Source: Octopus sinensis
Taxonomy: Eukaryota
Assembly (NCBI RefSeq): GCF_006345805.1
Contig: NW_021824720.1
Span: 1 to 17,843 of the forward strand
DNA length: 17,843 bases
Direction: 5' to 3'
The stretch's first letter is position 1, and the number at the start of each line of letters is the position of its first letter. This document shows positions 1-8,479 of this stretch, one piece after another. Both the position numbers and the translations under genes were made by a program. Below the pieces are notes generated by a model. That model worked only from the letters and a program-made list of their open reading frames with translations, made no database searches and was not told the origin of the DNA.

Positions 1-1
1 C

Positions 2-712
2 CATTTGTTTGGGGGAGCATTAGTTGTATTGGCAGGTGATTTTAGACAGACGCTGCCAATTATTCAAAGAGGGACGCCTGCGGATGAATTGAATGCCTGC
101 CTCAAATCGTCATATTTGTGGACACACGTGAAAAGGTAAGCTTAGATGTAAATGTACATGCACATTTACAAGGCGTTAATAGCATATTCCCACAAATCCT
201 TCTAGATATTGGAAATGAGGCAATCACTTCAGAAATGCACGACCAGAAAATTAGGCTACCGGAAGAATTATGTATTTTCGTAGAAACAGCAGAAGAATTA
301 TTGAATGCCGTCTATTCCGAACTATCTGAACACTACGTGAATTTCGACTGGCTGCGTGAACGAGCTATATTAGCTCCACTTAATGATGAGGTACTTAATA
401 TAAATTTAGATTTATTAATGAAAATCCCTGGCAGAGAAAGAATATATAAATCGGTCGACGTTATTATGGACCATGAAAGGGCCTGCGATAGATTTAAGAG
501 ACTACAATTTCCGCTGAAGATAAGTTTTGCTATGACAATAAACAAGGCCCAGGGACAGTCTTTAAAGGTAGTAGGCTTATTTTTAGAGAACGAGTGCTTT
601 TCACATGGCCAGCTGTATGTGGGGTGCTCAAGGGTAGGTAGAAGAGAAATTTATTTATATTTGCCAGGATGGACGGACTGCAAACATCGTTTATCCACAG
701 GCCTTAGAATAA
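2..712 (+). pseudogene. Helitron RepHel PIF1-family helicase, C-terminal fragment (frameshifted, internally deleted)
   Basis: Motifs LFGG..VVLAGDFRQTLP (frame from base 2), RERAILAPLN, FKRLQFP...FAMTINKAQGQSL, HGQLYVGCSRV, and terminal NIVYPQALE* (TAA 710-712, after a frameshift). The segment normally between VD..(M/D) and FKRLQFP (PPH.L.LKVG...LLRN...NGTR) is missing near 470-490. Confidence 0.9.
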
Positions 713-771
713 GGTTATATCAAAGCAGGTCGCATTTATATATCTACATAAATTTATAGTTATTTAAGGAA

Positions 772-840
772 ACTGCGAGCGTAGCGAGCAGGCCTCCGCA
801 GGAGCTAGCTCGCAGTGAGCGAAGCGAACTGCTGAGCTAG
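772..840 (+). mobile_element. Helitron 3' terminus (hairpins + CTAG|T)
   Basis: GC-rich hairpin cluster ~60 nt after the helicase stop, ending in CTAG (837-840) followed by T. This fits the canonical CTRR end and A|T target. Confidence 0.8.
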
Positions 841-924
841 TGTAAATAAAAATAGAAATAATCAAAAAATTTAAAGAATCAATTTGCTTATTACATGTAA
901 ATTTCTAAGAATTGAATTAATTAA

Positions 925-1470
925 GTTAATATTATTTAATTGATGTTAATCTGACCGTTTTCCGCTGGAGTTAATCTCCTTCTTTTAGAGAAGGAAGTAA
1001 CCAACACCACTCTTTGATCCTCTGTCTCCAAGTTAGTTACGACTCTTTTTCCCTCATTCTACATATTATCTTCGTACAAATGACTTGCTTCAATTAGGAG
1101 ACTAATGGGTGAATTTATCTCCTCATCAGTGATTCTGATCCCATGCCTATGCTCAATAATCATACTCTCCAATGCTTCTTCAATACAACTGATTGTATAT
1201 AAGACTGAGTTGCGTCTTCGATAGCCAACTTTTCAATGTATTTCTTAAAACTTAGAAACAAGCCGTCCCAAGTCAAAATCAGTGGAATTATTTTCACCTG
1301 AGCGTCGTAAAAATAAACAACTTCCCTGTCAATAGATCGTATTATGGCATTTTCTCAACTCGACCTGCTTCAGGCGGTCAATTTGCTTACATAAATATAA
1401 TTGAAACTAATTTTCTTTTTCTGCATTCTCCATCTCACCAAACAGCATCCAAGTTATTCGGGCTTATTTT
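925..1470 (-). mobile_element. 5'-truncated, decayed copy of the R4/Dong-like RLE retrotransposon family found at 10497-14103
   Basis: Minus-strand translation (with frameshifts) gives DRLKQVELRKCH..DLL..QVKIIPLILTWDG..KKYIEKLAIEDATQSYIQSVVLK..LESMIIEHRHG...SKRRRL. This aligns with DRLKQVEVEKCHKYDLL..QVKIIPVVMTWDG..YIQSVVLKRTLESMMIEHKHG..SKRRRV of ORF 10546-11652. Stop at 936-938. The 5' boundary is approximate. Confidence 0.85.
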
Positions 1471-1885
1471 TTAATAAATTGTAATTTGATGGCGTCATTA
1501 GAGAGCGGAATTAACAAACAGATTCATAAACATATCGAAATATTCAAGAGACTTCACAAAAAGTACAACCTCGAATTCAAAATCTACGATTTTGTAAATT
1601 TTTGGCAGTTATTACAAAAACAACAAACTTTAATTTTTCTAACAAAACAGTTAATTTGTTTAATTTCCCTAGTGACTAACTTTATTTTTTTCATATAGAA
1701 TTTGTTCCAGAATGTATATAAAACACAATCACATTTTTTTGTTTTGTTTAATTTATATGATATAATTACTTCCCATTTATAGTAAATAACACAAAACGAT
1801 GGATTGAGTTCAAAACTATCACTTTGACAAAATTCTTCATATAAACTAATTAATTGAAAAAAATATATCAAAAAAGATTTTAAAA

Positions 1886-4800
1886 CTACCAATCAAAACG
1901 ATCGACAATATCAGAGACTTCCTTCAAATCTTTTCTAGCCTTAACTCGCATATAGAAAATAGGACAATCACGACTAAAACACACAAACAACAACCAACTT
2001 TGAACATATAACTTGATCATGAAAACTCCCCTGACATCCCTGGCACTCAACCCACAATGTAGAAAACCGTTCTTCTAACTGTCTCATCTGGCGGATATAA
2101 GTCTCGGAATACTGATTCCTCATATCCTCACAATTGTCATAGAGAGCTCGACTACCTTCTGTCTAAATAAACCATAAAGTGACCCTTCATTAGGACACGA
2201 CACTTTAAACATGAAACGACTTCTTTAGGAAGCTCATCAACTCTCCAACTGTAGATGTCACAATTTTCTTCTGATTGACATGTTCGCCAGCTTAACTATC
2301 ACAATTATAGAACTTACCAAAAAGGATTGACTCGGTCTTTGCCCCCAAGATTGGCTCAAAATTCGTAAAATGGTTTTTTGAGTTGATTGTTGAGGTAATA
2401 ATCAGTGTCGATAGGAATGTTGTTCTCCAGTACATACAAAGGTCCTTAACCATCATTACTAAACAGAACCTCTGATTTTAAATATGCTGCTGTCCCTTTA
2501 GTCCCAGCAATGATCACATACTGAACACGGTCCCCGATTTTTGGAGCAGTCCCAGGATCCCTCTTTTTCATTCTAAACCATCAATAACAAAATCAAACCG
2601 AGCTGCCAATTCTACATGAGCTTGTTTGCCAGCATATTCTTCCTTGTGAGCTCTCTGGATATCACAAGATGAGAAATATCCACTTTATTACTCAACAACT
2701 CAGAAATTGTCTTCTTCACGTGATTTACAGCCTCCTCAGGATCTCTGCCAATCAGACCATATATAATGACCTGTTCACTAAAATTATCCTCAGACAGTCA
2801 GAAATCAGATTTGCCACCAACGTGCAGTTGTCTCTGCTCACATTCTCAATTCCCTTACAGTCAATCTGGTCAGATTCATAGTCAGTCTTGTCTTTTCTGT
2901 ACGATCCCGCGGGAAATACAACTCCCGCGTAACGTTTTTTACTTATTAGAAGATATGGGTAATAAATCTGGTTTAAAAATATGAATAAATATACTTTTTC
3001 GAATTCCAAATTGATTGGAGGGGGAAATCGGGAGGAGACATACTTGGCTGCCTCAAAACCCATTTCCATGGTCCTTTGGACATCTTGAAAGCCAAACCGA
3101 CACATCACCGAGTCAGTATCTCCGTAGATAACCTTAGTATCAAACTCATATCCATTTCGAATATTATATTTAAGTCCAATTTCATTTTTAGTCATTTCGA
3201 TCATTTCTCGATCATAAGATGTCACACTCTGCAATTTTGAATAAAAAAAAGTTCACACTTGAGATATTTCCAAACAAGGCAGACGCCCGTTTTGTGCCCC
3301 AGTGAGCCCATAGACAGAATTAGCCGAGAGTTTTAAAGCAAGTTGTCTCCCATCTAGAATTTGTCTCCGAACTGGATCTGTCTCTGATTTGAGTTCAAGT
3401 TTAGCTCTAAAATATTTCGACCTCAAACACTTTTTCTAGCTTTTAGCAAATCTTCAAGAATCTCAGAAGAAGACCTTTCTGAATATTGCTTCGAACAAAC
3501 TTATTTCCGGTCGGCGACACCTCATAGTCTACCACAGAGAGCCTTCACACATAAAACACCCACAACCCTTCAAATGAACTCCCAAGAAGATCGAATAGCA
3601 CAAGTTATGAGCTATCATTATCGAAGGATACAACGAAGTAAGTCCAATGTGGCAATTGGGTAATTAAAATAACTTAAATTAACTAAAAGACCCCAAACCC
3701 TTTCACAGGCTCAATAACTGTGGCGCCTGTGAACTCCTCGTCTCCACTGCCCTCCAAATTAGGAATGAGAGTGCTACGTGCTCGACACTGCCAATAAATA
3801 ACCCAAAAAACACTTTTCTGAGCAGTTGAGACACAACTTTGATTTGCTGCCCTCTTTTAGAGATATACGAAATAGGAATTCCCGTCACTCTGGCCATTTC
3901 AACAAGGTTAACCAGCAGCATTAGCTTATCCAACAACTTTAAGGGCAGACGGGCATCTTTGAGGCAATACATGGCCAATCTTCTTCTCGTTTGCTCATCT
4001 CCGTTCTACTTTTACTCAGAAATATATAATGCCTGTAAGTCTGATATAATCGAGTGTTTGACATCATCTTTCTGCTCTCCTAGAAAGTGGAAGGAGACTG
4101 AATTCAGAGTGTGTGACCGAAATTTGTGATCTCGTAGAATAACCTGGAAATTGACCACTTTGAGACCACCCAATACACGTCGAGGATCACTCTTCCTTCA
4201 ATATTTATAAATTTGGAATCATGGCGACCCATTTGTTTGGATTGGATGGACGAGTCCTTCACAACCGTCCTAGAATGGACTTGCCTGTATATACTTTGTG
4301 TCTTTTATCCTTCCGAGAAATGGAAACCTGGCCAAACGGAGTGCCTCGGCTCTGGAAAGCAGATAGTAAATGTCAAAGTTCTCTATATTGTAGCCCTTAT
4401 CACATCTGGGTCATATTTCTGCACAAAATCACCCATTCTGAGGAATGGACAATTATAGGCTTAACTTGAGGAGATCGGACTCCGTTTGGAAGGAAATGAC
4501 TGTCGCTCGTATAATTGGGGCACATGCTGATAAGTGAATATTAGATTGGTTTCTGACTGCTGATCTGAGTTGTATGACTTTAAACATTTGCTATCTGAAT
4601 TACTGGGTCATGGAAAGGCTGTGGAAAAATACCTACAAATAATTAATTTAATAATATTATTTAAAGTATTATTTTTTAAATATATTTTGAATGATAATAA
4701 AAATAAATCTACTAAACAATGTGGTAACCTTTTCTTCCAGCACATTCAATGTCGAAACTCAAAATACGAAGAGGAGCAATCGCCTCCCACTGACTATCTA

Positions 4801-5700
4801 TAGCCGGATAAGCCTTAATTCTTGAATAGTCAATCTCCACATCATCTCCACACTCCTCACCGAGAAATACATCCTTTGGATCCCTCTGAGTGAAATACCG
4901 AGAATCAATCTCACACCAACAACACCAGTCATGTCCAAATCAATCATAAAGCTGTTATTTATATATAAGAGGCCGTCTAACCGTATCTCGATAGACACAT
5001 CGGACTCGAAGATTTGGTAAAATGACTTTGCTGTCCCCAAAGGTAAATCCATTCTCGAGAAGGCGTTTGCCGACGTTGACGTATTTTATGTTGGTAAATG
5101 TAATTCGAATAATTTTTTATTTTTGTTTGATTGATATCCAAATATATCTTAATAATTATTTATTAAATTAATTAATATAAATAAATAAAATTAACTTTGT
5201 TTGAATTCAATATCGACGTGGAGAACAGAAAAATCATGATCCTGTAGATTTTTGAAATTGGTGAGTATTTTTGAGTAAAATTCATTCTATACATATTTCA
5301 AATATGTATTTTACTTCAAAAATAAAGCAATCTTCAGTTTCAAAACCTTCTGGTGCGAGTACATAGAAATAGGGGAAATATCCGTGGGCATGGACTAGTA
5401 TGCTCAGCCCCTCTGCAGTCGAGCCATAAAGCCGGATTATGGGGACAGATCCGGCCATGACTTAACTGGAATAAGCGGGATTTGCTCTGCCTGATTGTAG
5501 ATATTAAATTATACCAATGTAGTGGTCTATTTCGAATTGTTGGAAGGTCAATGGTTGGTTTGTTAATTTATGTTGTTCTATGGGACGAGAATATTTGTTA
5601 AAATTATATTTATTTTCATATTTGTGTCCATTTGGTATTTATTAGTCAAACTCATGGTCAACCACTACACAATTATGAATTTAAATATTGCGCCATCCAT
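1886..5700 (-). CDS. POLD1: DNA polymerase delta catalytic subunit, multi-exon, frameshifted as sequenced (pseudogene or assembly errors)
   Basis: Spliced translation gives [21 protein letters not shown], Exo[13 protein letters not shown], Exo[10 protein letters not shown], Exo[20 protein letters not shown], motif [17 protein letters not shown], motif [10 protein letters not shown], motif [33 protein letters not shown], and C-terminal CysA/CysB (CLKC..DNC; [14 protein letters not shown]). TAG stop at 1886-1888. The start (~ATG 5698-5700) is uncertain. Confidence 0.95.
1974..5514 (-). other. 21 spliceosomal introns of POLD1 (19 are 24-30 nt)
   Basis: Inferred from GT(GC)..AG boundaries that restore homology to POLD1. 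Coordinates (length): 5491-5514(24), 5287-5314(28), 5148-5195(48), 4952-4981(30), 4633-4728(96), 4438-4465(28), 4270-4294(25), 4144-4169(26), 4006-4032(27, GC-AG), 3788-3813(26), 3673-3698(26), 3543-3566(24), 3407-3430(24), 3229-3258(30), 2968-2994(27), 2745-2770(26), 2573-2598(26), 2445-2469(25), 2291-2317(27), 2159-2183(25), 1974-1998(25). Confidence 0.85.
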
Positions 5701-5740
5701 TATTAATAAATATATTTTAATCAAATTTTAATTTATTATT

Positions 5741-5810
5741 TGTCACAGGCTTGAAAGGACCCCCAGACTTGAAGGGACCTACCCTAATTAGATATTTCAT
5801 ATACTTAATA
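5741..5810 (+). mobile_element. Candidate left end of a Ginger-like (integrase-type) DNA transposon
   Basis: Abrupt switch from AT-rich DNA to TGTCACAGG..., matching the 5'-TGTNR terminus of Ginger elements. It is followed by two imperfect direct repeats (GGCTTGAAAGGACC / GACTTGAAGGGACC). No matching right end was found in the window. Confidence 0.4.
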
Positions 5811-7696
5811 CAGTATAACCTCCATTTGGGGCATCAATTTTGAAAAATTGCCCCAAAAATAGAGGTTTCCCCAAAAATGGAGGTCTGAAATTTTCTTTAT
5901 TTTTATAAAAATTTTAATAGTTTTAGCATATTTTTCATTAATTTATAAATAAATAAAGTATTTTTAAGAACATTTAAACATGTTTTCCACTAATTTTATG
6001 ATAATTAGAGTATTTTTCAAGTAGAAAAAAATTTTTATTCTATTACACGAAAATAATCTGTTATTTTGTTTCCTGTTGCAGATTTCTTCATATGATGCCC
6101 ATATTTTTCTGAAATTGTAATAGTCTTTTAACGCATCGGGAAACAAACGGTGAATATTCTCTTCAAGGTTATTCATTGCTGTTATCGTGTCCAAGTGTGA
6201 ACAGCAGTTGCATTCAGTTTGGTCATATATTGACTCATCATTATTTTCTTCTTCATTTTCAGCAATTACGTCTGCAATTATCGTGTCCAAATTTCTTTCT
6301 CACTGTTAACTAAAAATTTGAACTAGGAATCTGTTGCCGATAGTTTAATTGTTTCCCAATTCGTTATTGTTTCAGGATTTAAATTTTGCCATGTTTTTCC
6401 AACAATTATTATGACATGACGAAGATTTATTTTTTTTAATTAACAATTTGTAACTCAACGTCCTCAAAATAAAGAGTAAAATCCAATAAAGCGTTAAGAT
6501 AATTGGACTTGAAAGATTTAAATACCCATGTCTAACGGTTGAATTAATGAGGTTGTATTTTTTGGGAGAAAAAACAATTCAATGTTGGAAAGATGGATAT
6601 TTTGTGACAGCTTGCGTTATCAAGTAACAAAACAATTTTTCTCTTTTGCGTAATCATTTGTTCATTTGTAATGGTGAGCCATGTAATAAATATTTCTGAT
6701 GTCATCCAACTGTTTTTAGATGATGAATATGAAACTCCATGTTCTTCAGGGTTAAAGTTTTTCATACAACGTGGGAATTTATATTTTCCTACTAACAATG
6801 GCTTCAATTTTTCGCCACAAGCACTGACCGACAAAAGAATAGTGAATTTTTCTTTACTCCTTTTAATTCCGAAACAATCTTCATCCGAACTTACAAATGA
6901 TTTTGAAGATATCCTTTTAATATATAACCCAGTTTCGTCGCAATTAAAAATATTTTGAAGACCATATTCTTTTACGTATTCATCATACTTGGAAAAAACA
7001 TATCAAGCGAAGAAACATCGGAAGAGTTTTTCTCTCCACTAATTGTCTTAAATGACAACATATGTCTTTTCTTAAATTTTTCCAACCAGCCATTGGACCC
7101 TTTGAACGCCGAATAATTCAACATCCTTGCTACTTTGGAAGCAATATTTTTTAAAGAGGACCGGACACAGGAATAAATTCTTCCTTGTCTTGGTGAAAGC
7201 CTCAAAAACAATTTTATCCAATTTTTGGGATAAAGTATGAGGAGAGCGTTGAATATTTCTGGGAAAATCTGTTTGAACAGCCCCAGTATTAAAAAATTGA
7301 GATAATTTTTTTTAATACGTGACACAGCGCCTAAAAACTTACATTAATAAAAACCTTTACTAATTTTGTACTTATCTACAATATCTCGTTCAGTAAGATG
7401 TTTATTTTCACTTAATTCCTTGGCAATTTTGATCTTTAACTCAAGACTAAGCTTACGAGCCATAACAACAAGAATACAAAATTACACGACAAAAGTACCT
7501 AATTAATTTTAATTTTAATAGCAAATATGTATATAAATTAAAAATCCTGTGCCCCACTTAGAGGTTCCGGTAATTTCTAAATTTGGAAATTACCGCATAA
7601 AAATTATATCCTTTTCAAACTACCCCAATAATAGAGGTTTCCCCAAAAATAGAGGTTCCCCAAGCCAGAGGTCTGCCCCAAATGGAGGTTATACTG
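5811..7696 (-). mobile_element. Complete pogo/Tigger-like DNA transposon (1886 bp)
   Basis: Perfect 23-bp TIRs CAGTATAACCTCCATTTGGGGCA (5811-5833) and TGCCCCAAATGGAGGTTATACTG (7674-7696). TA duplication at 5809-5810 and 7697-7698. Subterminal CCCCA-N4-6-GAGGT repeats and an internal transposase. Confidence 0.95.
5964..7463 (-). pseudogene. pogo/Tigger DDD transposase (HTH_psq, CENP-B HTH, DDE_1), frameshifted, one 24-nt intron
   Basis: ATG at 7463 (MARKLSLELKIKIAKEL), KISK-G|AVSRIKKN across intron 7331-7354, FKGSNGWLEKFKKRH, NIFNCDETGL, KNSWMT, LLLDNASCH, QPLDMGI, and an acidic C-terminus (ORF 5964-6290). Confidence 0.9.
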
Positions 7697-7698
7697 TA

Positions 7699-7995
7699 TA
7701 ACGGAGTGATTAGTTTAGCAATTCTGTCAAAAAAGAGGATCAGATCAAACGTAGTTAAACCAAGATAATTTTTTAGAACTTCAAAATATCATTATTTTGC
7801 TATTTTTAAATCCTAGAATACTTTTTTGCGTGTGTATATTCTATCATCTTCAATGCAAAAAAAGTAAAGACAATTTCATTCTAGGTAAAAACTGAATTGA
7901 GCTAGATTATCATGTTGGTGGAATTGTCAACATTTATGCATTATAGATTATCTATTGAGGTCAGAAACATCAAATAACAATGAAATTTCTAAATT
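7699..7995 (+). pseudogene. Possible degenerate N-terminal part of the integrase at 9596-10250
   Basis: Weak. It contains LDYHVGGIVN, resembling the H..G helix of the integrase His-Cys zinc finger. It lies between the pogo TSD and the LINE tails, where the missing N-terminus would be expected. Multiple stops. Confidence 0.3.
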
Positions 7996-8004
7996 AGTTA
8001 GGAT

Positions 8005-8460
8005 ATTTATTTTATTTATTTAACCGCCAAAATCACGATAAGAGTCAAACAAAAGTCACGTGATCCCGATGGACTCGATCAGGGACCTCATCTTCGCTCG
8101 GTGATCTTTCCACGAGCCCACACAAGATCGCACCGGGCGGCAGGCCGTTTTTGACGGAGCATTTCCTGACGGACCGAGATTCAGCTTGATAAGATCTTCA
8201 AGAAAAACCGGACGGGGCGTTCGCTATCATGCGATTAACGATTGGTTAATCTGAAAGCCCTTTGTTGGGCCTCCTCTATTCGCCTCCTGTTGGACCACGA
8301 TAACCGCGGCCCCATAATCCGCAGGCGTAGGCAATACAAGGTTCGAAGTACTGGCGGTAGATATTTGCCAGTACCGGGTGCGACCGTCTGACTCCTGTAG
8401 AAGGGTACGGACATATTATTCAGCTTTAAGTCGACTGAAGTCCTTCCCAATCTTTTGATT
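8005..8460 (-). mobile_element. 5'-truncated APE-type LINE (I/Nimb-like) 3' end, copy 1
   Basis: RT thumb-region peptide LANIYRQYFEPCIAYACGLWG..SNRRRIEEAQQRAFR. ORF ends at ATC ACG TGA (8056-8058), followed by a short 3' UTR and a (TAAA)n-like tail at ~8005-8022. Homologous to 8480-8900. Confidence 0.75.
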
Positions 8461-8479
8461 ACTAGGAGATTAAGGATTT

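Noticed and set aside
1486-1892. ORFs 1486-1698(+) and 1584-1892(-); the latter has a CNNCQK reminiscent of an integrase zinc finger
   Set aside because: No coherent domain in any frame, AT-rich composition, and overlap with the expected POLD1 3' UTR. Left unassigned.
4633-5514. Intron lengths 24, 48 and 96 forming a doubling series
   Set aside because: Only two long introns, with no internal repeat unit visible; most likely coincidence.
2291-5514. Enrichment of in-frame stops in 3n introns (NMD safeguard as in Paramecium)
   Set aside because: 5 of 8 short 3n POLD1 introns contain a stop, about what AT-rich 8-10 codon stretches give by chance. Needs genome-wide counts.
1886-5700. Polinton/Maverick or viral B-family polymerase linked to the nearby integrase
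   Set aside because: The protein has Pol delta-specific motifs, CysA/CysB and many spliceosomal introns. It is a cellular POLD1, not a protein-primed PolB.
5849-7689. Short spaced repeats as a CRISPR-like array
   Set aside because: They are subterminal repeats of a TIR transposon, with no unique spacers of regular length and a eukaryotic context.
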